Shown one piece after another: positions 11,987 through 25,586 of a stretch of DNA of 64,000 nucleotides. The stretch lies in assembly GCF_001194135.2 (NCBI RefSeq), contig NC_068989.1:67119589-67183588 (forward strand). The letters run 5' to 3'. The position numbers were made by a program, and so were the translations under genes. The DNA is from Octopus bimaculoides. Taxonomy: Eukaryota. The number at the start of each line of letters is the position of its first letter. Positions within the stretch are counted from its first letter, which is position 1. A model generated the notes under the pieces. The model did not search any database, was not told the origin of the DNA, and saw only the letters and a list, made by a program, of their open reading frames with translations.

Positions 11987-13849
11987 AAAATAAATATCTA
12001 TTTCAGTGCCACTGCTGTTCTATATTAAAGAACCACGAAGTACACCTCACCTCCATCTGTACCAGAAATTATATAATGGAGGAATGTTTATGTAGACAGG
12101 CATATGTATAAACTCATACATAATATATGTTGTGTACGTATAGATATGTGTGTGCTTGTAAAATCCACATGTCTCTATGTACAAGAGTTAGCGACATAGT
12201 TCATTGATAATATTGTAAAAGAAATGTCTAGAGTACTTCAGTCGCTTCCCACTGACCAATGCCACTCACGTGTAACTTGTTTTCACGAACAAAATAGTCC
12301 TTATCTAGTCGAGCGACCACACAGCAGCTACATCTCCTTCAAATAATACCTCTACACAAACGAAGGCTCACACATTGAACGATGTGCATAAAAAGACGGA
12401 ATGGTAACGGCTGGAAAACTTTTTAACCATAGGCCTGTTCAATTACGAATGTATGACCTAAACAAGAAGTTACGTTTCACAACATTAAACAAACAAAAAC
12501 AAGGTGGTTCGTTTTCATAAACTTTAACAAATGTTAAATATAAATAAACAGGAAATAATCGTTGACACCTAAAAATTAAAGCCGATATTGACTTGAAATT
12601 GAGCAATGCTCATCGCTAGCAGGAAGAGAAATAGAGAAAAATGTAAAATAAAATTCTAGAACACATGTTTGAACTCACGTGGTAAAAATGTAGGCTTGAA
12701 ATGAGAACCTTTTGTTGGTAGGGAAAAAAAGTGACAGTCACCGAGTGTGAGAAACCGGTGTCAATCAGCAATTGCTTCCTTTTGTAAAAATGCTTTTCAA
12801 TTGATATATAAATTGATACAAGGATTATTGCTCTAATTGAGCAGATCAATGAGCGAAGGTATTCTAACCATGACCGTCCGTCTTCCTTTTTTTGTTTTTC
12901 CTTCAGACAATATGTTGTATCAAGGATTACATTAACTAATGTATCTGTCCTTTAAGGCAGGCCAGAGGAATAAGAGGCACTTATCCCTCATAAAGTAAAT
13001 GGGGAAAAAAATTAATAAATGGCGAATATAAAAGAATTTTGATAGGCTTGGTGGGAATGTCTATAACCTGGCTTCCTTTTTCTACAAAAAATAAAAACAT
13101 CTCAATAATCAAAACAATATTTTTTTCAACATAAATAGCTAAGAGAAATAACTCAGGGTAATTAGTGGTATGAATATGGACAATAAAGATTAATGAAGGT
13201 ATATTAAATACCATAAATGGTAAAGTCTTGATTTATTGAAATTTCCTTCTCTTCAAGTGGTAATTGTGGCCAACTCTGAATGGGAATGAGAGATAACTTC
13301 AAGAATCAAGAATTCTCTGAAATTAACATGCTGTTAAAGAAACAATTGTCTGTCAGGAGACTGGAGAACAGTATTCAAAAGTCTACACTGGAAGAGATTA
13401 TGATGAAGAACTGTGTATTCCATCCCATGTAGTTGTGACTGAAAATAAAGGTGAGACAAGCTGTCACCAAAAGGTGTAATGGGAAACTTAACGACAATCT
13501 AACGTATTAATTTCTTGATTTACTTATATTAGAACACAGCATCCCCAATTTATGTTTGTTTTTGATATATTTTATTTACATTAGAGACAAGAAAACTTTC
13601 TTTGTGTGTCTTCCAACCAATTGGGAAGTTCGGCTTGACCTTCCATGACTTCTGTCTCATAGCTCATCCACTTAACTTCCCAATATGAGGCAAAGAAAGG
13701 TCATTCTAGCCAGTTATATTGAACTTTTTCACATAGATGAAGATCTCATTTTAGCTCTCTGAACTTTCAGCTGAGTGAACCAAAGTTAAAAACAAGGCTT
13801 TCCTCGCCTCATCATAACTTCAACATAAGAGAACTAATTAGTTCACTCT

Positions 13850-14830
13850 TGTTGAAGGAAGGACAATGTAATAATAGTGTGGTGTTGAGGGGGTGAGTTA
13901 CACATATGGGTTGTGGGAGGAGGAGTACCTAAGTGAAGATGATACAAAACCAAGCAACACCAAGGAGTAGATAGCTAGTGTGGTATCAGTTGAAAAGGAA
14001 GAGAGGAGACAGCTTATCTAACAGCTTAGAGTTAGCACTTGCTGGAGGCTAGACTTTTTTCTGACCCTGAAGAGATGGGACAGTCATTATTATAGAGTTT
14101 ATGCTATGTCAAGGATATATGATTGCTCAGAGAGATCATGAGCTGAGGTGATGCCCACCATTTGTAGCAACACTGAGGGTTGTAGTTACATACTGTTTAT
14201 GTTTAGAAGGTGAAAATGAACAATATGTTTGTGATTACAATAATTGTATGTTGCTGTTGAAGGATACAAAATTTGCTGTAGGCTGTTTTCAAGGTCTCTG
14301 TTCAAGAAATTAGTGTTGGTTTGGCAGGAGGTGCCTAGCTTACATGCAGATGATGCTTGGGTATGGAAAGTCAAGAAGGAATGAAGAGTAGGGTGGTATC
14401 ATCTGCATAGGAGTCTGCATTGTTAAAGGAGATGCTATAGGAAGAAGGGTGTGAGAGAAAAAAAAACAGACCTTGGAAAACAAGTTGATAGAGTGATGGT
14501 CAGTAAGTGTTTTATCAGTACACAAAATGATCATATGATCTAACAGTAAGTCACTGATCCAGGAGATGAAAGACAACAGAGTACAAAGGTGGGTAGATTA
14601 ACAAGAAGTTCACATGCCAAACATGGTCAAATGCTTTGCCAATGTCAAGTACAATAGCACTGATTTTACTAGATTTTTTAAGTTGATGCTTATTTCCAAT
14701 TTCTATGGCATTATAAGGCTCTTAGACAAACCATTTCTGGATATGCTACTGTCTGTAACAGCGAATCTTCTAATATAAACTTCTTTCACATGTAGGATGC
14801 TTAAATGAATATTAAATCAATCCTAGTTGT
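13850..14830 (-). mobile_element. Degraded CR1/L2-group LINE, RT and 3' region
   Basis: Minus strand reads AIVLDIGKAFDHVWH (~14620-14660), WISDLL and YADDTTL (~14385-14410), which are RT motifs; many stops and frameshifts. Confidence 0.75.
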
Positions 14831-15208
14831 TAACTTATACTTTTTTTTATCAACCTGGATGGATGCAAAACTCTTCCCTTGCATTCATCTTTAAAGCTGC
14901 TTGTTGACAAAGTTTCTAAAAAAAACAACTTACACTTTGGTCATCAACATCATCATCATCAATAATCTTAATAAATAAAAGTGTATATGATGTCTGGTGA
15001 ATTTATGGAAAGAAGTCCCATAAAACTCATCAATTTAGTTAAAAATGGAGAAGACAAGTTGTTAGAATATATAAAAGAATAAATAAAAGTGTATGTATGT
15101 CTTCCATTTTTATTCATAATTTTTTTAAAAGTAAGAAGGGTGCTAGTTTCTGACAAAGAAGCAAAAGTTCTATCACTGAAATTTGAATATCAAAAACAAT
15201 AATTATTA

Positions 15209-15643
15209 TGTAGTGGCGCAAAATTATAGCCGCCATTGAGGAAGTACTATTCTGCGCACGTGCAAGGGACTTCACCACCGGAAGCCCCTCGAGTACGCAT
15301 GCATAGTAAAACTAGTACTTAATGAGTTGTTTCACTTCTTAATCCAGTTGAGCGACAGACCTTCTACGTGATAACTTCTTGCTTCTCAACGAAGCACTCT
15401 TCACCACGATGCCTTCGATGGTGATAGCTACTTGCTTCTCTGGCAGGCATCAAGGAAGCTCTTAACTTTCCAATACCAACTACAACTTAATCAACGGCTG
15501 CTAAGCTGAGTGACACAGTATTTTTATAACCAAGCATCATCAATAATAAAACTTATTTTTATTATGTTGTTGAATTGTTCTACTGTTCCTTAAGATATAT
15601 TTATGTTGAAAGGTGATAGAGAGAGACTAAAGTCTCCATTACA
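15209..15643 (+). mobile_element. Probable solo LTR (435 bp)
   Basis: Termini TGTAGTGG...CCATTACA (7/8 inverted match, TG...CA); AATAAA at 15545; CpG-rich; flanks atta/acta as imperfect 4-bp TSD. Confidence 0.55.
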
Positions 15644-15918
15644 ACTATTCAAACTTTTACAGTTATATATCAAACTTTAAGAATGTCTTACATAATTTAT
15701 TTTCTGTCCCACTCAAAGAATTGCTGTTTTTACTTGAAAGCCCCAGATTTTCCAAATTGCCACATAAACATTTACTAACATAACCAAGTGCACCAACTGT
15801 TATTGGTATAAATGTAAATTTATAATCAAGGCAAAGGAACTGCAGGTTTCAAAGCAGTAGTCCATAGATAATCTTCTTGTCCATGTTCACATCTGAAGGG
15901 TAGCGAGCTTCTATGACT

Positions 15919-16930
15919 CAGGTGTTCTCAGCCATTTTTTTTATCTCTGGACCCCTTTTATTATTATTTTATTTTGGTGGACCTCCATAGACATTCAAGG
16001 TAATCTTCCAGTTTTGGGAGGTAAAAAAAGTAAATAAGAATACAAGGGAAATAACTTAACGTCTTACTAGTATTATCCGTACTCTCCCCACCCCACCCGT
16101 TCACGAGCGCGCATTCTTCATATTCGTTCACAGCAAGTTGTTTTACACCTATTACACTAATTTATTTTTGAGCTCGGGTCAAACTCTTTAGTTTGACTGT
16201 TATTTCCCTATACTGGAAGATTACCATAAGTTGTGCAGACGGTACTATGATATTCAATCTCGTGTGTGATTTATATATAAACAGTTAACTTCAATCACGT
16301 GTGTGATTTTATTTATAAACAGCTAAAAAAAAAAAAAAACATTTCAGAGTAGTACGGATAATACTAGTAAGACGTTAAGTTATTTCCCTTGTATTTTATT
16401 TACTTTTTTTACCTCCTGAAACTGGAAGTTTACCGACATTCAATGCTTAAAAACTAGTTGTATTGAAACTTCTTTCAAGATTCATCATCATCATCGTTTA
16501 ACGTCCAGGCTCCAATCTGATCTGGCAGAGTTTCTACAGCTGGATGCCTTTCCTAATGCCAACTACTCTGAGGGTGTAGTGGGTGCTTTTACATGCCAGT
16601 AGCAAGAGGGCAATCAGGCGGTACTGGCAACAGCCATCCTCGAATGGTGTTTTTCATGTGCCACCTGCACAGGAGCCACTCCAGTGGCACTGGCAACAAC
16701 CTTGCTCGAATGTTGTTTTTCCTGTGCCACCAGCAATGGTGCTTCTATTTTCTTTTTAACACATTAACTTGTAAAATGTTAGAGGAAGAAACCTAGTTGT
16801 TTCTTGCAATACATACAACTAAAGCAAAATTTTTTCAAGGACCCTTAAAATACTGTTCTGGATCCCTAATTTATTATTTTGCTGTGTGAACCCCCAACAA
16901 TCTTATATGGTCCCAGGTTGAGAACCACTG
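15919..16930. mobile_element. hAT MITE interrupted by two nested insertions
   Basis: Ends caggtgttctcagcc / ggttgagaaccactg; uninterrupted relative at 36758-37078; contains 15999-16434 and a SINE at ~16483-16735. Confidence 0.65.
15999..16434. mobile_element. MITE with ~85-bp TIR and 9-bp TSD (Merlin- or MULE-like)
   Basis: ggtaatcttccagtttt...agtattatccgtact mirrored at the right end; perfect TSD GACATTCAA at 15990-15998 and 16435-16443. Confidence 0.88.
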
Positions 16931-18065
16931 CTCTACATGACTTCCTTTCTATCCCAAGTAACTATATCAGGCCTGTTACGTTTGCTCTTGGTAGAAGTTT
17001 TTATGGCACCCAGAAATATTTGCCACTCTATTTTTGTCACAGAAATATGTTAAAAAGCCTAAGTAAACACTGTTTAATGATTCCTGTCTCTAAAGAATCT
17101 GATACATCTTTGTGTGTTGTGCAGGGATGTTATGTATTATCCATAATGTGATAGGAAACATTAACCATTTACAACTAATCTAAGGTTCTATTTAGCAAAT
17201 CATTTCAAAATGACATTGTGACCTTTTCCAAACAACCTGCTCTGGTTTCTGATAAGCAACTAGTAGTTTACAACATTTGCCATTAACCCTTTGCTTGTCA
17301 TAGACCATATATTTTCCCCCTCATACCCTATATTATAATTACTGCAATGTTTTCTTTACAGTAGCAATGTATTATTGTAAAACAGTTTCAAATATAATGC
17401 TAATTACAACAATTATAAATATTAAAGAAGTCGCTGACTACATGCTTCCAACCCATCAGGTTTGCATGCTTCAGCACCTTGCCATCGCCGCAGGACTTCG
17501 AGATAAAAAAAATATATATATATATACTAAAAATGAAGAAAATACATACTAAAAATAAGATAAATATATACTAAAAATAAGATAAATATATATAGGAAAA
17601 AAATTCACATGTCGAGCAGAGGTCCGCAATGCCTGTGCTGAGTTTTAGGTCCAGTGAGGCTTGCACAACACCTCATAGACCCTCTCCACTTTATTGACAT
17701 TATCCAAAGACAAACCGGAGCAAGATGTCTGGTGCCAATATGAAAGAAGTAATTTCTAATATACAAACATTTTTTTTTTATATGTGATCAGAATTGTCAC
17801 AGTATGAAATAAACTATCTACATTGTTTATTAGCTATCAGTGCACTGCATCCTTCAGAGGTTCCAGGCTTCCTAAAATTCTTCAACACTACTCTTGATGC
17901 GTCTATGCAGCCTTTCCTCTTTATGACTCTCTTAATGCTTACTTTTCATGTTTTACTCTGTGTACTGAGCATATACTTCAAGCTTTCATTGCTGCTTTAC
18001 TTAATTTATATGCTTGTTTTCTGACCCCTCTTTTAACCTTTTCTGATGATTTGTAGTACACCTTG

Positions 18066-18454
18066 TTGTGTGTTGGTACTCTGTCGCTTACGACATCGAG
18101 GGTTCCAGTTTGATCCGATCAACGGAACAGCCTGCTCGTGAAATTAACGTTCAAGTGGCTGAGCACTCCACAGACACGTGTACCCTTAACGTAGTTCTCG
18201 GGGATATTCAGCGTGACACAGTGTGACAAGGCTGACCCTTTGAATTACAGGCACAACAGAAACAGGAAGTAAGAGTGAGAGAAAGTTGTGGTGAAAGAGT
18301 ACAGCAGGGTTCGCCACCATCCCCTGCCAGAGCCTCGTGGAGCTTTAGGTGTTTTCGCTCAATAAACACTCACAACGCCCGGTCTGGGAATCGAAACCGC
18401 AATCCTATGACTGCGAGTCCGCTACCCTAACAACTGGGCCATTGCGCCTCCACA
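18066..18454 (-). mobile_element. Full-length tRNA(Arg)-like SINE with TSD
   Basis: Head GTGGAGGCGCAATGGCCCAGT.GTTAGGG with A and B boxes, (ACA)n tail, TSD gtacaccttg at 18056-18065 and 18455-18464. Confidence 0.9.
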
Positions 18455-19340
18455 GTACACCTTGATACTATATACAATAAGCTCAATATTATTTTAATAT
18501 ATATTTAATGTGATGAGTTCAATAACTTTGATTAATCAAAATTATACCTGTATCAGATAAATATTATTGCATATATTTTTCCCCAATCATTCTTTTAAGC
18601 CATTGTAGCAGATTCAAAAGCAAAGTGCTGGACAACCATTTGAATGCCATGTTGAGATCACTATAGTTTCACATGATCAGCCAATTAACCGACCAGTCAG
18701 CATTGAGCCATTACATGATTTGACTTTCTAGAACCTTCTAATGCAGTGGTTCTCTAACTGGGGTCTGCAGTCCTCTAGGAGACTGCAAAGGGATGCTGAA
18801 GTATCATGAAAATGGGGTGGCTTGAGATAGTTAAGTTTTAAAATTTCAAGACTTTCAATTTTTCGCATGCAATCATCCTTTTTGACGTTGGCCTCAAAAA
18901 CCCACATCGCTCCTACACACTCATTTGCTAATCCCACTTGTACAGCAAGTGTGATTAGCTGATAGAAAATATGTGGGTATTCAGTAGCATTTAAACTCAG
19001 AACATAAAGACAAATGAAATGCTGTTAAGCATCAAATCTTGACACAAAGCCAGTAAGTTTGAGGGACGAGATAAGTCAATTACATCAATCCAAGTGCTTA
19101 CTTGGTACTTATTTTACCAACCTCAAAAGGATGAAAAGCAAAATCAACCTCTGCTGAATTTGAACTCAGAATATAAAGACAGACAAAATGCCCCTAAGTA
19201 TTTTTCCCAGTATGCTAACAATTATTCCAGCTCACCATACTTAATAATAAGACCTAAACATGCTCAGAATTGTCATTGTCATATATATAATGATATATAT
19301 ATATTGGTATGTAATGATACATATATACAGTGGTATGTAA

Positions 19341-19342
<2 letters not shown>

Positions 19343-19392
<50 letters not shown>
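19343..19392. repeat. (AT)n microsatellite
   Basis: About 25 AT units; many similar AT, CA and TATC tracts across the window (e.g. 22981-23057 (TATC)n, 22014-22051 poly-T). Confidence 0.95.
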
Positions 19393-19396
<4 letters not shown>

Positions 19397-21588
19397 AACA
19401 GGTGAGTGTTGGGCAACAGGAAAAGGCATATGGCTGCAGAAAATCCACTCCTGTCCAACCCATGCAAGCATGGAAAAGTTGATGTTAAAATGATGATGAT
19501 GGTGGTGGTGATAAATGTATGCATGTTTATATGTGTGTATGTATATGCATATAATTTTGATTTTTAGAACGTAACAGTAGCTTTGGAAAATTTATGGTGC
19601 ACTGGCAGTTAACCATATACTAGGTCACAATAAGTGGTTCATGCAGCTAATACTATGATTGTCATTATTTCTTTTTTTCTTCTTTCCTCCTCCTCCTCCT
19701 TTTCTTCTGTTCCCTCCTCCTCTCTAAAGAAAGGTCACAATATATCTTTTAAGTGACACACTCAGTTTTTTTTTGTTTTATTGCTGTTGTTATTTATTTG
19801 GAGGATAAGAAGTAAAATGATATTCTGTTTCTTTTTGAAACCTGATTCCAACTGATAAAGAATCTATGCAAATGTTAGGACCATTTCTCAAATTGCCAGT
19901 TTTTTCCTACAACTGAAGTGTTTGAGTTTATACTACACAAATATAATTCCAATTTGAATTTCTTTTTATGCACCTAAAGGCACAGGCAGAGTTGTATGGT
20001 TCAGAAGTTTGCTTCCCAACTACATGGTGTCTGGTTCTGTTCCATTGTGTGGTACCTTGGGTTGATGTGTTCTACTATAGCCCTATATCATATATGTTTA
20101 GTATTAACTGTCAGAAGAAAAAAAAGAGATCTTCATACCATAATAGAGACTAATGTTATTTTACTTTAGTTGAGTCAGCCTCTAGCTACAAGCAAACAGA
20201 CCGGGCGTTGTGAGTGTTTATTGAGTGAAAACACCTAAAGCTCCACGAGGCTTGGCAGGGGATGGTGGTGAACCCTGCTGTACTCTTCCACCACAACTTT
20301 CTCTCACTCTTACTTCCTGTTTCTGTTGTGCCTGTAATTCAAAGGGTCAGCCTTGTCACACTGAATATCCCCGAGAACTACGTTAAAGGTACACGTGTCT
20401 GTGGAGTGCTCAGCCGCTTGCACATTAATTTCACAAGCAGGCTGTTCTGTTGATCGGATCAACTGGAACCCTCTATGTCGTAAGCAACGGAGTGCCAACA
20501 ACAACAGCTTGATCAGGACTGACCCACGGCTAAACAACAACACCAACAATGATTACAAATATTTTATTTTGGACAAGGAATCAGTGCTTGAGCTAGATAT
20601 GAACTTAAAATTTTATGACTGTCTCAGTAACTAGTATTGTTTAGATAAAAGGTAAGCCTCAATGTGGTTCCTTGACTTAGTAGAAATAGCAGCCAAATCT
20701 TTGTTAGTTTATATCCTATCATATTAAAAAAAAAAGAAAAAGAATACACTGGACAATATTGTATATGGTCACAAAAAGAGTGGATGGTCACAACAGCTGG
20801 AACATTTTTGATCATAAATCTGTTGAATCAGGGTTGACCTGGGGCTTAACAACAATCATAATCGCCAAGTTGAAAGTAAATTTTTCTTTAATTCTTTTTG
20901 ATACCAGTCCACCTGAAACCACCTCTGTTACTAAGATACAAATGACCAGTTTGAAAGGGATCAAAATTCAAACTTTCCATCAATATTTCAGGTTAATTTT
21001 AGTGGCCAGCTAGCAGAATCATTAGCACTTCGAGTGAAATACTTAGTGGCATTTCACCTTTCTTCACATTCTGAGTTCAAATCCCACCAAGGTTGACGTT
21101 TCCTTTTATCCTTTCAGGTTGATAAAATAAGTACCATTTGAACACTGGGGTCAATGTAATTGACTTATCCCTTCCCCCAAAATTGCTGGCCTAGTGCCAA
21201 AATTTGAAATCAATATTTCATGCTTAATAGCAACAAAGTTTTTTACTAAATTTTTCATTAATTTCAATATCTTTCAACAGAAATCATCATCATTATTAAC
21301 ATCATTTAACATCCATGTTCCTTTCTGGCTTGGGTTGGACAGTTTGACAGGATCTGATGGGTCTAAGGTCTACATCATGCTTCAGTGTCTTCTTTTGGCA
21401 TGGTTTCTACAATTGGATGTCCTTCATAATACATGTACTATGCGTTTTTTTCATGCCACTGGCACAGGTGAAGTGACCATGCAGCCTGCAAGAAGAGGCT
21501 TTTTGCTATAGAGGAGCTGCATGACTAAGAGTTAATGGTTTCTTACATTGGTACAGAGCTTGAAATCTTTTCGAAGAATGAGAAAAAA

Positions 21589-22011
21589 GGGTGGAATTCG
21601 GGTTTAAGCACCCCATGTAACCCCTCGTAGTTTCCTTATTTTGGGGAATTTTCTGAAAACTTTTATGAATTTATATTCTACACACAGGAATTTATACAAT
21701 TATGAAAAAAATTTTTTTTTAACTTTTTAACCCCACCTCCCTCAAATTCTAAACATTCCACTCATTTACAATTTTTTTTCCTTAAATCAGAGTTTAAAAT
21801 ATGGGCAGTCCAAAGTTTTTGCTTAAAAAATCCCAGCAATTGACTACCTTTGAGTGCATCATCATTCCACAAAATGTATTTATGGAGAGAAAAATATTGA
21901 AAAACATCAATACGTGTCAGAGTGACAAAGAAACAAGAAAGGAATCAGGTGATCTTGAGATGTGTTAAAAATAACAGCTAAATCGCCTTTAAATCACACA
22001 AAAAATTTTTT

Positions 22012-22053
<42 letters not shown>

Positions 22054-22220
22054 AATATTGTATGAATTCCCAGGTGTAGAACACAAATTTGCAAAAGTTT
22101 TCTGAAAATTTCAAAAAATAAAAACGTTATGAGGGATAAAATAAAAAATAAGTGTTATGAGGGATAAAAAAATAAATAAATAAAAGCGTTATGAGGGATG
22201 CTTAAACCAGAATTCCACTG
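21589..22220. mobile_element. hAT-like non-autonomous DNA transposon
   Basis: TIR gtggaattcgggtttaagcacccc / gggatgcttaaaccagaattccac; longer subterminal mirror symmetry; gttatgagggat repeated 3 times near the right end. No clear TSD. Confidence 0.6.
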
Positions 22221-25121
22221 AAAAGAGAACAGTGATGTTCATGCCATTCTTAAGAGCATTGTCACATGCGTCAGTTAAAATAGTTTCAGTCATTAATCAA
22301 ACAGAACTGTAGGCTCAATTAATCAAGTTACCATCACACAAAGTCACCTATAAAAATTGCTTTGATAAGAGACAATATTAAAAGTATGAGGGCTGAGATT
22401 TAACAGGGGGAAACCACCTGCCAATCTTCCCATATAAAATTAACCTTCCTTTCTTCTCTTTGTGTCTCAACCACCACCAGCTATTTAAGTTGATAGGGTT
22501 ATCAGCTGAAGGGTCATTAGCAGTTCTTATCCACTTGCATAAAGAAAGGACACATTAGATAATGTTGTCCCAGACATGGCCCTAAAAAACCTTGATAAGA
22601 AGTTTGCCTCACAACCATGTGGTTTCAGGTTCAGGCCCACCGCATGGTATGGTTCAGTCCTACTGCAAGTATGTTCAACTATAGCCCCAGGCTGACTAAA
22701 GCCTTGTGAACAGATTTGATGAAGGAAAACTGAAAGCAGCTTCTTGTACAAGAGGATGCTGAACATTTCCTGGCTTTGGGTAAAAGAACATACCGAAGGA
22801 TTGGTTAATTATGATTTTATTAAACATATTCCCCTCTCAGATTCACGCACTTATTGTAGCATTCCTTCAGTCTTTCTAAGCTCTGTAAAATAACTTGGAA
22901 GATTGGGCCTCCAGCCTGGCCAGCCTTTCACAATACCCTTAAAGCCAGGAACTTTTCGACAACCCCTTGTACATGCATGCATCTATCTATCTATCTATCA
23001 TCTATCTATCTATCTATCCATCTATTTATCTATCCATCTATCTATCTATTTATCTATCAACAAGTGTGGGTGTGTGTGAGTATGTATGTATCTGTTCTCT
23101 TTTGCTTTTTTAATTTAGAAATTTCAACTGGCTACCTGCTTATTAACAAGGTTGTGAAGGAAAGCATCTTGTTTTGTTTGTCACCTTTTAAATCTTAAGA
23201 AGTCTTGCAGAGTTTTATAGTTCCAGATATCATGGTCATTTGTAGTGTATGAATTAAGGATTAGTGTTCTCTCTCCAAGAACCCAAGTTCAGCAAGTATG
23301 CTTTGGCTGAACTTGGGTTCTTGAAGAAAACGTACATGCATACACATCCATACATGCATACATACATACACACCCAGATAGGTTGCTATACATGTACATT
23401 TATGTGTGTGTGTGTGTGTATGCATGTTGCCCTACTTTGACATCATGTGATAGTTGTAAATGAGTGTCACCATCATACAAGTGGTATCGTTCATTTCCAG
23501 TCTTCCATAAAAACATGCCCTTCACCTGTTTACTTTGTTTGGAAACAGGTGAGGGTTAGCAAAAGGAAGGGCATCAAGCCATAAAAAAATCTACTTCATT
23601 GAATTCTGTCTGATCCATGCAAGCATGGAAACATGGATGTTAAACAATGATGATGATGAGGAAGAGGAGGAGAGCAAAGTCATCAGAATGTTTCATTGTT
23701 CTCACTGTCTAAATCCTGCCTCGGTCAAATTTCCATTCAATATTTTAGGGATCAAAAAAAAAAAGGCTGCAAGCTAGCAGAATCATTAGCACTTCAGGCA
23801 AAATTCTTAGTGGTGTTTTGTCTGTTTTCACATTCTGAGTTCAAATTCTGCTAAGGTCATCTTTGTTTTACATACTTTTGGGGGTCAATAAAAGAAGTAT
23901 CAGTTGAATACTGGGGTCAATGTAACTGACTTACCCCTCCCCTAAAGTTGCTGGCCCTGTACCAAAATTTCAAACCAGTATTTTAGAGATCAAGAAAAAA
24001 AAACTGATACCAGTACAAAGCAGTTGTTTGACAGAATTGTTATAGGGTCAGAAAAGGCGCCTTGCGACACCCATTCCAACATCGGGCATTCTGAGTACAA
24101 AATCTCAGCCAAACTATTATTAGAATGGAGTAATCTCTCTCAGATGACCTAACAAAAAACTTTCAAATCATATGAGTATGATATAAGGAGCATCATTGCA
24201 TTGTCTAATTTGAGACGGTTGGGAGTAATTATAATGATTTCAAATTTTTGCCACAAGGGCAGCTTGGGGGAGGGGATTGAGTCAATTACATCGACCCAGT
24301 GTTTCACTGGTACTTAGTTTATTGACCCCAAAAGGACGAAAGGCAATGTCGACCTTGAGAGTAATAATAATAAGATACAAAAATGTCTTTATTAGCTTTA
24401 ATTCATTTATATACTCATGTCATATTTAAAGCTTTATTATTTTTATATGTGTGAAATATTGGATTCAAATGTAGGCACAGGACCAGTAATTTTAAGGAAG
24501 TGAAGTAAATCGATTACATCGACCTCCAATGCTCAACTGGTACTTATTTTATCCACCCCAAAAGGATGAAAAGCAAAGTCAATCTTGGTAGAATTTGAAC
24601 TCAGAATGTAAAGGCAGACAAAATGCTGCTAAACATTTTGCCCAGTATGCTTATGATAGTGCCTGCTTGTGGCCTTAATATGTGGGTGAGATTTGGTTTG
24701 AAATTGTGACACAAGACCAGCGATTAAGTCGATTCACCACACATACACAGATACCGTTTTACTGGCACTTATTTTATCGACCCTGAAAGGAAGAAAGGCA
24801 AAGTCAACCTCAGTGGAATTTGAATGCAGTGTGTAAAAAAAGATAAAATGTTGCTTAGTATTTTGCTAAGGTTCTGCCAGCTTGCTACCTTAATATGTGG
24901 GTGAAATATTATTCATAGTTATAATGCTGTTCAGGATATTCAGAATATTAAAGGGAGTTAGTTATAATTTACCTTTGACTAGTTTTATTTTTAATATTTC
25001 TAATATAGCATTGTGTGGTTTTCCTTTTTACAGATTTCATTATTGAGGTATTGTTAAATAAGGATATAAAGTTTTGGAAGGATGTTAATTGGTATATTTA
25101 GTGTTTGTCTATGTTGTAATA

Positions 25122-25489
25122 TGTGGAGGCGCAATGGCCCAGTGGTTTGGGCAGCGGACTCGCGGTCATAGGATCGCGATTTCGATTCCCAGACCGGGCG
25201 TTGGGAGTGTTTATTGAGCGAAAACACTTAAAGCTCCACGAGGCTCCGGCAGGGGATGGTGGCGAACCCTGCTGTACTCTTCCACCACAACTTTCTCTCA
25301 CTCTTACTTCCTGTTTCTGTTGTGCCTGTAATTCAAAGGGTCAGCCTTGTCACACTGAATATATCCGAGAACTACGTTAAAGGTACACGTGTCTGTGGAG
25401 TGCTCAGCCACTTGCACGTTAATTTCACGAGCAGGCTGTTCCGTTGATCGGATCAACTGGAACCCGCGACGGAGTGCCAACAACAACAA
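25122..25489 (+). mobile_element. Full-length tRNA(Arg)-like SINE
   Basis: A box TGGCCCAGTGG, anticodon-like ggacTCGcgg, B box ..TTCGATTCC, (ACA)n tail, imperfect TSD atgttgtaat/atcttgtaat. Confidence 0.88.
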
Positions 25490-25586
25490 TCTTGTAATCT
25501 ATAGGTATATCTATTTATATAGCTCGCCTCGTCTGATGTTAATGGCGAAGAAAAGAAGACAGGTGGGAAGAGTAAAAAAAGCTTAC

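Noticed and set aside
13240-13830. Exon-like, purine-rich stretches with short open frames
   Set aside because: No frame gives a recognisable protein with consistent splice sites; probably old transposon debris.
25122-25200. Possible tRNA-Arg(TCG) gene
   Set aside because: The tRNA-like head continues into a multi-copy SINE body with a tail and TSD, and no acceptor stem closes.
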